In this document: positions 27,043 to 36,779 of the stretch, piece by piece
Layout: every line of letters starts with the position of its first letter
How positions within the stretch are numbered: the stretch's first letter is position 1
Made by a program: the position numbers and the translations under genes
The notes under the pieces: model-generated
Databases searched by the model: none
What the model saw: the letters and a program-made list of their open reading frames with translations, nothing else
What the model was told of the DNA's origin: nothing
NCBI GenBank assembly: GCA_029261055.1
Contig: JAJDCA010000015.1
Coordinates: forward strand, 83,998 to 147,997
From: Candidatus Omnitrophota bacterium
Lineage (GTDB): Bacteria; Omnitrophota; Gorgyraeia; Zapsychrales; Zapsychraceae
Direction of reading: 5' to 3'
DNA: 64,000 bases

Positions 27043-29688
27043 ATGACAAAAGAAGAAATAAGGCTTCAGGAAGATAAAGAAAAAAAAGTTCATTGGCGGC
27101 GATGGGGGCCTTATTTAAGTGAACGTCAATGGGGAACTGTGCGTGAAGATTACAGTGCCGATGGGGAAGCCTGGACTTTTTTTCCGCATGATCATGCCCG
27201 TTCACGTGCGTATCGTTGGGGGGAAGATGGTATTGCCGGCATATCGGATAATCATCAACGTCTGTGTTTTTCGTTAGCTTTTTGGAATGAAAAGGATGAC
27301 ATTCTCAAAGAGAGAATATTTGGACTTAATGGCAGCGAAGGGAACCATGGGGAAGATGTTAAAGATTATTATTTTTATTTAGACAGCACACCGACGCATT
27401 CGTATATGAAGTATCTTTACAAGTATGCGCAAAATAAATTTCCTTATCGGGAATTAGTTGAGGAGAATCAAAAACGAAGTTTACAAGAGCCCGAACATGA
27501 ATTATTGGACACACATATTTTTGACGATAATAAATACTTTGATATTGTTGTTGAATACGCCAAGGCCGACGCGGAAGATACGCTTATTAAAATTTCTGTA
27601 ACCAATCGTGGGATCGATGCGCATGCCATTCATATTCTTCCCACATTGTGGTTTCGTAATACATGGTCCTGGACGGATGAGGCAAAACGTCCTTCAATGA
27701 AATTGACCCAAACAAAGAATTTTGCCCATGTTGAATCCAAACATGAAACATTGGGAACGCGCTGGTTATATTGCCCGAAAACAGAGGCCTATTTATTTAC
27801 AGAAAACGAAACGAATCATGATCGCTTATTTAACCAAAAGAATGCCACCCCCTATGTAAAAGATGCCTTTCATGCATATTTGATTAATGAACAAAAGGAT
27901 GCGGTTAATCCCGAACAAGTCGGAACAAAAATGTCGCCGCATTATGTGCTTAATATAAAACCCGGACAAACAGAAGTCCTCACGCTTAGGCTTTCTGATA
28001 AAGGTTCTTTGAAAGATCCCTTAGGAAAAGATTTTGAAGATATTTTTGCCAAGCGGCTTTCAGAAGCCAATGAATTTTATGATGCCGTTGGACATAAAAA
28101 TTTATCGGATGATCAGCGGAATATTCAACGCCAAGCTTTTGCCGGAATGCTTTGGAGCAAACAGTATTACCATTATGTGATAGAAGATTGGCTTGATGGT
28201 GATGTTCTTACGCCTCCGGAAGAACGAAAGTCGGGACGAAATAGTCACTGGAGACATCTTTATAATGAAGATATTCTTTCCATGCCGGATAAATGGGAGT
28301 ACCCCTGGTTTGCCGCCTGGGATTCCGCCTTTCACATGATTCCGTTCGCTATGATTGATCCTGAATTTGCCAAGAAACAATTGTCGCTTTATACACGGGA
28401 ATGGTACATGCATCCAAATGGTCAAATTCCTGCGTATGAATGGGATTTTAGTGATGTCAATCCTCCTGTCCATGCCTGGGCCACGATGAGAGTTTTTAAA
28501 ATTGATAAGAAAAAAAGCGGTAAGGGGGATTATGATTTTCTGGAGCGTGTTTTTCATAAGTTATTGTTAAATTTTACGTGGTGGGTGAATCGTAAAGATA
28601 AAGAAGGGCGTAATATATTTGAAGGTGGATTTCTGGGAATGGACAATATCGGTATTTTCGATCGTAGCCAACCCTTACCTATCGGAGGAGACCTTCATCA
28701 GGCCGATGGTACCAGCTGGATGGCCATGTACAGCCTCAATATGCTCAGTATTGCCATGGAATTGGCTTTACATAATAAGGCGTATGAAGATATCGCCAGC
28801 AAATTTTTTGAACACTTTCTGCATATTGCTAATGCTATCAATAATGTCGATAAGGCGGGCGTAAGTCTGTGGGATGAAGAAGAAGGTTTTTATTATGACG
28901 CGGCCCACGTGGATGGTAAGCAAATTCCATTTAAAATCAGATCCATGGTCGGGCTTATTCCTTTATTTGCCATTGAGGTATTAAAACCCGAAACCATTGA
29001 TAAGTTGCCGGCCTTTAAAAAACGGATGAATTGGTTTATCAAACATCGGCCTGATTTATGTAAACATATTTCATGTCCGAACGCAGAGGGGGTTGAGAAA
29101 CGGCGGGTATTATCGTTGGTTAATCCTGAAAAGTTAAAACGTATTTTAGAGAAAATGTTGTGTGAAAAGAATTTCTTCAGTTCATACGGCATTCGCACGG
29201 TGTCGAAGCGTCATGATGAAAATCCTTACGTATTTAAGACGGATGATGGTAAACACTTTCAAGTGAAATATACGCCTGGAGAGTCGGATGTCAGTCTTTT
29301 CGGAGGAAATTCAAATTGGCGTGGGCCGATATGGTTTCCTGTAACGTATCTGCTTATTGAATCTCTACAAAAGTTTCATTTTTATTTAGGCGATGATTAT
29401 AAGATTGAGGCACCTACGGGCTCAGGAAACATGTTAACGTTATGGGAAGTTTCTTTACTTATTGCTGAGCGACTCATTAAAATTTTTGAGAAGGATGAAA
29501 ATGGACACCGGCCTGTTTATCATGAGTTAGAAAAGTTTAAACAAGACCCTAGCTGGTCGGAGAATATTCTGTTTTTTGAATATTTTCACGGTGATACAGG
29601 TAGAGGCGTCGGGGCTCAGCATCAAACAGGGTGGACAGGCCTTGTAGCTAAACTCATTCAACAATGTGCGCAGTATAAGAACACGTAA
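27043..29688 (+). CDS. MGH1/GH63-like glycoside hydrolase
   Basis: WGPYLSERQWGTVREDYS, MPDKWEYPWFAAWD, NSNWRGPIW, HQTGWTG. Start re-called to ATG 27043. Confidence 0.9.
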   Translation: MTKEEIRLQEDKEKKVHWRRWGPYLSERQWGTVREDYSADGEAWTFFPHDHARSRAYRWGEDGIAGISDNHQRLCFSLAFWNEKDDILKERIFGLNGSEGNHGEDVKDYYFYLDSTPTHSYMKYLYKYAQNKFPYRELVEENQKRSLQEPEHELLDTHIFDDNKYFDIVVEYAKADAEDTLIKISVTNRGIDAHAIHILPTLWFRNTWSWTDEAKRPSMKLTQTKNFAHVESKHETLGTRWLYCPKTEAYLFTENETNHDRLFNQKNATPYVKDAFHAYLINEQKDAVNPEQVGTKMSPHYVLNIKPGQTEVLTLRLSDKGSLKDPLGKDFEDIFAKRLSEANEFYDAVGHKNLSDDQRNIQRQAFAGMLWSKQYYHYVIEDWLDGDVLTPPEERKSGRNSHWRHLYNEDILSMPDKWEYPWFAAWDSAFHMIPFAMIDPEFAKKQLSLYTREWYMHPNGQIPAYEWDFSDVNPPVHAWATMRVFKIDKKKSGKGDYDFLERVFHKLLLNFTWWVNRKDKEGRNIFEGGFLGMDNIGIFDRSQPLPIGGDLHQADGTSWMAMYSLNMLSIAMELALHNKAYEDIASKFFEHFLHIANAINNVDKAGVSLWDEEEGFYYDAAHVDGKQIPFKIRSMVGLIPLFAIEVLKPETIDKLPAFKKRMNWFIKHRPDLCKHISCPNAEGVEKRRVLSLVNPEKLKRILEKMLCEKNFFSSYGIRTVSKRHDENPYVFKTDDGKHFQVKYTPGESDVSLFGGNSNWRGPIWFPVTYLLIESLQKFHFYLGDDYKIEAPTGSGNMLTLWEVSLLIAERLIKIFEKDENGHRPVYHELEKFKQDPSWSENILFFEYFHGDTGRGVGAQHQTGWTGLVAKLIQQCAQYKNT

Positions 29689-29699
29689 TAAAGTTATTT

Positions 29700-31178
29700 A
29701 TGAAAGAATATACAAATACTTATCTTTATGAAATCAATACATTTGTATTTTTGGATAAATTATCTGAACAATTGAACAAGAAGATTTCACTTAAGAATAT
29801 TCCTGATACGGTTTGGAAAGATTTAAAAAGTAAAGGGTTTCAATATGTTTGGCTTATGGGAGTATGGCAGCGGAGTCAGCAATCCCGTTCATTTTCGTTA
29901 ACTTCACCGGAATTAAAGAAAGAATACACCGAAGTTCTGGGGGATTGGACAGACGAAGATGTGTCGGGCTCGCCATATGCTATTAGTGAATATAAACCTG
30001 ATTCACGTTTTGGTGACTTTACAGATTTGAAAAAATTGAAGGAGAAGCTTAACAATTTAGGATTAAAATTAATTTTAGACTTTGTTCCTAACCATATGGG
30101 GCTGGATAATGCATGGTTAAAAATGCATCCCGAAAGATTTCTTTCAAATAAAAATTATATTGAGCATGGGAAAGATCCTTACTTTGCTCCTTGGCGAGAT
30201 ACATTACAAATTAACTATGCTTCAAGTGAAACACGGAAAGCTTTGAGTAAATTATTGCTTGATATAGGGCAATATTGTGACGGGCTAAGATGCGATATGG
30301 CGATGCTTGTTATCAATCGTATTTTTGAGCAAACATGGGCGCATCTTTTAGGCGGGACACAGATGCCTCGGGAAGAATTCTGGAGCGCAGCAATTGCAAA
30401 AGTAAAAGGCAAGTTTCCAAATTTTATTTTTATGGCTGAAGCCTATTGGGGCGTAGAGTGGGAATTGCAGCAAATGGGATTTGATTACACGTATGATAAA
30501 ACGTTTTATGATCGCCTAGTAGAATCCGACGCTAATGATATTCGCGGACATTTACGTGCGGATATTGATTACCAAAATAGATCCGTTCGTTTTATTGAAA
30601 ATCATGATGAGCTACGATCTTTATTGTCCATGCCGCAAGAACGCGCCGAAGCTGCTGCCGTGATTGCAATGACTGTTCCCGGTCTTAAGATGGTTTTTGA
30701 TGGCCAGTTTGAAGGGAAGAAAATTCGCATTCCGGTTCATCTTAAGCGTGAACCCCTCGAAGAAGTTAATGAACGAAGTGAATTATTTTATCAGAAGTTA
30801 ATGGATTTTGTACGCCATCAGGAATTTGCTTCAGGAGATTGGAAGTTGATAGATGTCAATAAAGCAGGGAATGGCAATGAAAGTTTTAATAATATCCTTG
30901 CATGGATTTGGACGCATAACAACCATTCAAAAATAGTTGTTGTTAATTTCTCTGATGTTGAATCTCAAGCTTGGTTAGATGTTTCTTTTTTAAATGGTAA
31001 AAATGAAGAGCTTCAACTGAAAGAGTGGTCTACGCAAGAAATTTATGAACGGAATTTAGAAGACATTAAAGAGCAAGGGCTTTATGTGGCTCTTAAGCCG
31101 TGGCAATCTCATTTATTTTTTTGTGTGGGCCTCTTTTTAGAAAGTAGCCAGATTGAGAAAATGCAGGTAACTTTATGA
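29700..31178 (+). CDS. Alpha-amylase family (GH13) protein
   Basis: DFVPNH, GLRCDMA, AEAYW, ENHDE. Confidence 0.9.
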   Translation: MKEYTNTYLYEINTFVFLDKLSEQLNKKISLKNIPDTVWKDLKSKGFQYVWLMGVWQRSQQSRSFSLTSPELKKEYTEVLGDWTDEDVSGSPYAISEYKPDSRFGDFTDLKKLKEKLNNLGLKLILDFVPNHMGLDNAWLKMHPERFLSNKNYIEHGKDPYFAPWRDTLQINYASSETRKALSKLLLDIGQYCDGLRCDMAMLVINRIFEQTWAHLLGGTQMPREEFWSAAIAKVKGKFPNFIFMAEAYWGVEWELQQMGFDYTYDKTFYDRLVESDANDIRGHLRADIDYQNRSVRFIENHDELRSLLSMPQERAEAAAVIAMTVPGLKMVFDGQFEGKKIRIPVHLKREPLEEVNERSELFYQKLMDFVRHQEFASGDWKLIDVNKAGNGNESFNNILAWIWTHNNHSKIVVVNFSDVESQAWLDVSFLNGKNEELQLKEWSTQEIYERNLEDIKEQGLYVALKPWQSHLFFCVGLFLESSQIEKMQVTL

Positions 31179-32038
31179 GTTTTGAATATTGGTTTATGTT
31201 TCCAGTTTCCATTGTTGTGGCGATTATCGCGATGGCGTCCGGAGTGGAAGGTGCAACATTTTTCGCTCCTATTTTTATGCTTGGTTTAGGGTTTCCTCCG
31301 GAAGTAGCCATTGGAGTCGGATTAATAACAGAGGTCTTTGGATTTACCAGCGGATTGACGGCTTATGTGCGAAAAAAACTTATTGATTATCGATTGGGTA
31401 AAAATCTTTTAATGGTAGCTATTCCTGCAGCTTTATTAGGAAGTTTATTGTCGGGCCATGTCAGACCGGATATTTTAAAGGTTATTTTAGGAATGGGTTT
31501 ACTTGCGGTTTCTTTTAGTTTTCTTAGGAAACCCGAACCTGAAGATATTAAAAAAATAAATGAAGCTAATACCAATCGGTTTGCCAAACAAAAGACAGAG
31601 ACATGTTTAGTGTCAGCTCAAGGAGAAAAACTTTGTTACACAGTTTGCAATAAAACAGAAGGCATGATGTCAGCGGGAATAGGAGGCTTATTTATGGGCC
31701 TTATTTCAACAGGGTTGGGTGAACTCAATGGTTTTTTTCTCCTCCAACGTTGCCGGGTTCCAAGTAAAGTGGCCGTGGCAACAAGTGTTTTTGTCGTCGC
31801 TGTTTCAGCACTATGCGCAGCCACTGTTCATTTGTATAAATTTGTTCAAGTTGGAGGAGAAGTCTTAAACACAGTATTCAGTGTTGTTATTTTTACTGTA
31901 CCTGGTGTGCTTATTGGTGCTCAAGTCGGAGCATCGGTTGCCAGCCGTATTCCACAAAAATTATTAGAGAAAATTTTAGCCATTTTATTTATCATCATTG
32001 CCTTATTTTTTATCGGGCAAGTTGCATTAGGGGTTTAG
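31175..32038 (+). CDS. TauE/SafE family membrane protein
   Basis: SGVEGA..P, STGLGE, AVATS; multiple TM helices. Confidence 0.85.
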   Translation: MSFEYWFMFPVSIVVAIIAMASGVEGATFFAPIFMLGLGFPPEVAIGVGLITEVFGFTSGLTAYVRKKLIDYRLGKNLLMVAIPAALLGSLLSGHVRPDILKVILGMGLLAVSFSFLRKPEPEDIKKINEANTNRFAKQKTETCLVSAQGEKLCYTVCNKTEGMMSAGIGGLFMGLISTGLGELNGFFLLQRCRVPSKVAVATSVFVVAVSALCAATVHLYKFVQVGGEVLNTVFSVVIFTVPGVLIGAQVGASVASRIPQKLLEKILAILFIIIALFFIGQVALGV

Positions 32039-32040
32039 TT

Positions 32041-33225
32041 ATGGAACATAATTATGATCAAGAATCTGTTGAACTCCATAAGAAGTTATCCGGAAAGATT
32101 GCAATTCATTCCAAATATCCTGTTAACGATATGCGAGATCTTTCGCTTATTTATACTCCTGGAGTGGCGCAAGTGTGTAAGGAAATTCATAAAGATCCGA
32201 CTAAAGTTTATGATTTAACGATTAAGCGAAATATGGTAGCGATCGTCACAGATGGATCTGCTGTTCTTGGTTTAGGTAACATTGGGCCTGAAGCGGCACT
32301 TCCTGTTATGGAGGGAAAAGCTGTTTTATTTAAACAGTATGCCAATATTGATGCCTTTCCCATTTGTTTGAAAACACAGGAAACAACAGAAATTATTAAT
32401 ATTGTTAGAAATATCAGTCCTGTTTTTGGCGGTATTAATTTAGAAGATATTGCCGCTCCACGTTGTTTTGAGATTGAAGAAGCCTTGCAAGATTTAGGGA
32501 TTCCGGTTTTTCATGATGATCAACACGGTACGGCCATTGTTCTATTGACCGGGCTTATTAATGCAGCAAAACTTGCTAATAAAGAATTGTCTGATCTTAA
32601 GGTGGTCGTTAATGGAGCTGGCGCTGCCGGAACAGCGATTGTCAATCTCCTTTTATGTTCGGGTTTCAATAAAGAAAAGTGTCATTCTGTTAAGGAAATT
32701 CTTGTTTGTGATTCGAAAGGCATTATTTCCAAACAACGGCAAGATATCAGACAAAATGCTGCAAAGAATCAACTTGCAAATATGACGAATTCAGGAAATA
32801 TTGAAGGGTTTTTAACAGATGCGGTTAAGGACGCAGATGTTTTTGTGGGAGTTAGTGTCGGGAATGCCCTTACACAAGATATGGTTCGTTCAATGAGCAA
32901 AGACCCGATTGTTTTTGCCTTGGCTAATCCTACTCCTGAAATTGAACCTGAATTAGCTTATGAAGCAGGAGCTTTTATTGTTGCAACAGGTAGGAGTGAT
33001 TATCCAAATCAGGTTAACAATGCACTTGTGTTTCCCGGTATTTTTCGTGGAGCGCTCGATGCGCGAGCCGGAGTTATTACAAAAGAAATGAAGCTTGCGG
33101 CTGCTTTTGCATTAGCCGAAAGTGTGAAAGAACCCAAAAAAGAAAAAATTATTCCTGGGGTTTTAGAGAAAAACGTGGCAGAGTACGTTGCTGCTGCAGT
33201 TAGTAATGCGTATTCAATGAACTAA
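32041..33225 (+). CDS. NAD(P)-dependent malic enzyme (short type)
   Basis: YTPGVA, PVMEGKA, NLEDI, HDDQHGTA, GAGAAG, NQVNN. Confidence 0.95.
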   Translation: MEHNYDQESVELHKKLSGKIAIHSKYPVNDMRDLSLIYTPGVAQVCKEIHKDPTKVYDLTIKRNMVAIVTDGSAVLGLGNIGPEAALPVMEGKAVLFKQYANIDAFPICLKTQETTEIINIVRNISPVFGGINLEDIAAPRCFEIEEALQDLGIPVFHDDQHGTAIVLLTGLINAAKLANKELSDLKVVVNGAGAAGTAIVNLLLCSGFNKEKCHSVKEILVCDSKGIISKQRQDIRQNAAKNQLANMTNSGNIEGFLTDAVKDADVFVGVSVGNALTQDMVRSMSKDPIVFALANPTPEIEPELAYEAGAFIVATGRSDYPNQVNNALVFPGIFRGALDARAGVITKEMKLAAAFALAESVKEPKKEKIIPGVLEKNVAEYVAAAVSNAYSMN

Positions 33226-33241
33226 AAAATGGAGGAAGTTT

Positions 33242-33934
33242 ATGACTAAAAAGAAAATGATTATTTCGATTATTGTCCTGGCGGCTGTCGTCGGCGGAAT
33301 TATTTGGGGAACACAGCAGCATAAGGAACATTGTGCTGTGTGTTTTGTAAAATCACTCAATGCGGATGTTATTAAACATTATATTGAAAGCTTTGGTCCA
33401 TGGGCGATTCTGGTCTATGTTGGTTTGTATACGCTTAATACGTTGACACTCATTCCACCCATTGCATTTATGTCTTTATCAGCCGGGGCTTTATTCGGTC
33501 CGATATGGGGGACGGTGGCTTTAACGTTAGGTTCTTTTTGTGGAACAACAACGACATTTATTATTTCACGATTTTTTGGAGGCAAACTGGTTGATAAATT
33601 TGTTAAGGGGAAAGCGGCTGACTTTAATGAAAAATTAAGTAAGAAGGGTTTTGTTGTTCTTCTTCCTATGAGATTAATTGGATTTCCTCCGTATGAATTT
33701 GTTAACTATGCTTGCGGTTTATCAAAAATACCTTATAAGGATTATATCTCAGCTACTATGCTCGGGATGTCTCCGGCGATTATTATTCAAGTTTTGTTAG
33801 CTGATCGATTGGCTAATTTTAGTTGGAAAGATCCTGTGTTGTATTTGGTTATTGCTTTATTTATTGGCATGGGTGTGATCACAGGGAGAATTATTAAAAA
33901 ACAACAACAAGAAGAAAAAGCCCTCCAAAGTTAA
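33242..33934 (+). CDS. TVP38/TMEM64 (DedA) family membrane protein
   Basis: GALFGP..G, RLIG.PP..VNYACG, ATMLG.P; N-terminal HCAVC. Confidence 0.88.
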   Translation: MTKKKMIISIIVLAAVVGGIIWGTQQHKEHCAVCFVKSLNADVIKHYIESFGPWAILVYVGLYTLNTLTLIPPIAFMSLSAGALFGPIWGTVALTLGSFCGTTTTFIISRFFGGKLVDKFVKGKAADFNEKLSKKGFVVLLPMRLIGFPPYEFVNYACGLSKIPYKDYISATMLGMSPAIIIQVLLADRLANFSWKDPVLYLVIALFIGMGVITGRIIKKQQQEEKALQS

Positions 33935-33951
33935 AAACTTTGGAGAGGACT

Positions 33952-33971
33952 CGCCATCCGTTAGGATGGCG
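33952..33971. repeat. Small intergenic hairpin
   Basis: cgccatcc-gtta-ggatggcg. Confidence 0.45.
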
Positions 33972-34000
33972 GTCAGCTTTTACAAAAATAGGAGATTGGA

Positions 34001-35443
34001 ATGGCAAAATATGAGTATGATTTAATTGTTATTGGTGGGGGAGCGGGGGGATTAACGGCAGCTACTTTTGCAGGTCAATCAGCGGCCAAAACTCTTTTAA
34101 TCGAGAAAGAAGAAAAATTAGGTGGTGATTGTCTGCATTATGGGTGTGTGCCTTCTAAATCACTTATTAAAAGTGCTTATGTTGCTAATGTCATTCGTCA
34201 TTCAGAAAAATATGGTTTACCGAAGGTTTCAATGGGTAAAGTGGATTACAGTAAGGTGAGTAAACGTATCCACGATATTATCGGAACTATTCAGCCACAT
34301 GATGAACCTGAGTATATTCAAAAAAAATATAATGTGGAAACAAAGTTTGGTTTGCCAAAGTTCGTTGACGATCATACCATTGATTTAAATGGCGAAACGA
34401 TTACATCGCGTTATTTTGTTGTTGCGACGGGGTCATCTGCATTTATTCCGCCTATTGAAGGTCTTGGAGATGTTCCTTATCTTACAAATGTGAATATTTT
34501 CTCATTGGATAAATTACCTGAATCCATGATTGTTCTTGGAGGCGGGCCGATTGGTTTAGAAATGGCACAATCATTTCAACGGCTTGGATCAAAAGTGACG
34601 GTTCTTGAAGGCGGGCCTAAATTTCTTCCTAAAGAAGATGAAGACATTTCTGAATTTATTAAAGAACGATTGGAAGCTGATGGCATAAAAATTCAGTTAA
34701 ATTCTTTGGCTAAAAGTGTCAAAAAGGAAGGGAATGATATTGTATTGACGTATGATTGCAAAAAATCAGGTAAATTGGAAACGATTAAAGCGGAAGCTTT
34801 GCTTGTGGCCACCGGACGAAAGGCTAATGTCAGTGGAATGGATTTAGAAAAAGCAGGCGTAGAATATGATCGATCGATTAAAGTCAATGCAAAGATGCAA
34901 ACTTCAAAGAAACATATTTATTCAGTAGGTGATGTGGCCGGGGGATATCAGTTTACGCATGTGGCCAGTTATGAAGCGGTTGTCGCTATCTATAACTGCA
35001 TTCTAAAAATTCCTAAAAAAGCAGATGCCACAAATACGCCGTGGTGTACTTACCTTGACCCCGAGGTGGCTTCCATTGGATACAATGAACAAAGAGCTAA
35101 AGCAGCTGGGATTGAATATATCAAGCATGTAGAAGAAATTACGCACAATGATCGCGCCCTTGCCGAAGGGGAAAATAAGGGGCTCATTAAGATCATAATG
35201 AACAAAAAAGGCAAAGTGATTGGTGTTCAAATTGTCAGTTTTCATGCGGGTGATTTAATTTCAGAATGGATTCCTGTTTTAAACGGGAATGTTAAATTAG
35301 CAACAATTACCGATGCCATTCATCCATATCCGACGATGTCGGAAATTAACAAGAATGCCAGCGTAAATTATCTAGTTTCCACTATTCCGCCATGGACAAA
35401 GAAGTTAACCAAGATGCTGTTTGGCTATCAGGGGAAAGTTTAA
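34001..35443 (+). CDS. Pyridine nucleotide-disulfide oxidoreductase (lipoamide dehydrogenase/MerA-like)
   Basis: GGGAGG, GGDCLHYGCVPSK, GGGPIGLE, HPYPTMSE. Lacks the C-terminal CC of MerA. Confidence 0.9.
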   Translation: MAKYEYDLIVIGGGAGGLTAATFAGQSAAKTLLIEKEEKLGGDCLHYGCVPSKSLIKSAYVANVIRHSEKYGLPKVSMGKVDYSKVSKRIHDIIGTIQPHDEPEYIQKKYNVETKFGLPKFVDDHTIDLNGETITSRYFVVATGSSAFIPPIEGLGDVPYLTNVNIFSLDKLPESMIVLGGGPIGLEMAQSFQRLGSKVTVLEGGPKFLPKEDEDISEFIKERLEADGIKIQLNSLAKSVKKEGNDIVLTYDCKKSGKLETIKAEALLVATGRKANVSGMDLEKAGVEYDRSIKVNAKMQTSKKHIYSVGDVAGGYQFTHVASYEAVVAIYNCILKIPKKADATNTPWCTYLDPEVASIGYNEQRAKAAGIEYIKHVEEITHNDRALAEGENKGLIKIIMNKKGKVIGVQIVSFHAGDLISEWIPVLNGNVKLATITDAIHPYPTMSEINKNASVNYLVSTIPPWTKKLTKMLFGYQGKV

Positions 35444-35453
35444 GAGGTAATTT

Positions 35454-35930
35454 ATGGATAATAAAAATCGAGCAATAACGATGCGTTTTTTAGCGCAACC
35501 TACTGATGCTAATTTTGGCGGGAAGGTGCATGGAGGCTCAGTCATGAAATGGATAGACGAGGCCGGATATGCATGTGCCGTTAATTGGAGTGAAAAATAC
35601 TGTGTAACTGTTTTTATGGGGGATTTAAAATTTAAGGCCCCAATTTCCATTGGTGATCTGGTTGAGGTTAATGCCAAAATCATTCATACCGGAAAAACAA
35701 GTATACATATTGGGATTGAGGTTCAAACATCAGACCCGCGTAAAAACAAATTTAGTAAAACAACAGATTGTATCATTGTGTTTGTTGCTGTTGATGAAAA
35801 TGGAAAATCAATAGGTGTGCCGAAGTGGGAGCCCAAAGAAAAAGAAGATAAGTGTCTGGAAGATTATGCCATAAAATCCATGAATATACGTAAAGAAATG
35901 GAAGGGCAATTACAATCATGCTTACTTTGA
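35454..35930 (+). CDS. Acyl-CoA thioesterase (hotdog fold)
   Basis: DANFGGKVHGG..MKWIDE. Confidence 0.92.
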   Translation: MDNKNRAITMRFLAQPTDANFGGKVHGGSVMKWIDEAGYACAVNWSEKYCVTVFMGDLKFKAPISIGDLVEVNAKIIHTGKTSIHIGIEVQTSDPRKNKFSKTTDCIIVFVAVDENGKSIGVPKWEPKEKEDKCLEDYAIKSMNIRKEMEGQLQSCLL

Positions 35931-35994
35931 TTCCTTATCTGCACGGCAACTCTTGTCTAAATTTTAGAAAATAATATAAATAAGGTGGAGAAAT

Positions 35995-36759
35995 ATGGGC
36001 GCTATTATAGGGTTGCTTCTTATCTTAACCATATCGCTAACGATTGTGCGTATTGGGAGTATTTCATTGGAATTAACGGGATTATCTTCGGAAGTTTCCG
36101 GATTTCAGGCACAGTCAGCATTTTCAGGCGCAGGGTTTACGACGTCTGAATCTGAAAGTATTGTCACTCATCCTGTTCGTCGGAAAATTATTCGCATCCT
36201 TATGCTTATAGGGAGTGTTGGCGTTATATCAACGGGAGCAACGCTCATTGTTGCTTTGATAGGGACGAATAATGAGAATTTTGCATTAAGAGGTGTTTTT
36301 TTAATCGGAGGCCTTTTGGCGTGTTACATTTTAGCTCGATCAAAAATTGTGTATCATCTTATGAAAAAAATAATTGTGGGAATATTAAGCAGAAGCAAGG
36401 CATTACAGTTGCATGATTATCACGATATTTTAGCTATTAGTAAAGGGTACTCTATTTCGCGTATACGTGTACAGCCGGAGAATTGGCTTATTGGCAAAAA
36501 ATTAAAAGAATTAGGTATTCAAAAAGAAGGAACGACCATTTTAGCGATAACCCGTAGGGTTAATGCGCAGGAAAAACATATTATTCCTCATGGAGAAACA
36601 ATGATTGAGGAGGGGGATTTATTGACTATTTATGGTCGCTGTACAGCGATGGATTGTTTGTTTATGCGGCCTAAAGGAGAGAAAGGTGATATGGCCCATC
36701 AAATGCGTAAACAACAAAGAGAATCGCTCATTAATTTAGGAAATACTGAAAGTGTTTAA
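35995..36759 (+). CDS. Membrane protein with a TrkA-C (RCK_C) domain
   Basis: FQAQSAFSGAGFTTSESE..HPVRR; C-terminal ILAI.R...P...IEEGD.L. Confidence 0.85.
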   Translation: MGAIIGLLLILTISLTIVRIGSISLELTGLSSEVSGFQAQSAFSGAGFTTSESESIVTHPVRRKIIRILMLIGSVGVISTGATLIVALIGTNNENFALRGVFLIGGLLACYILARSKIVYHLMKKIIVGILSRSKALQLHDYHDILAISKGYSISRIRVQPENWLIGKKLKELGIQKEGTTILAITRRVNAQEKHIIPHGETMIEEGDLLTIYGRCTAMDCLFMRPKGEKGDMAHQMRKQQRESLINLGNTESV

Positions 36760-36779
36760 AAAGGTAGAGAAAGGATTTC

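Noticed and set aside
34001-35443. Mercuric reductase (merA) call
   Set aside because: Lacks the C-terminal Cys-Cys pair, the NmerA domain and mer neighbours.
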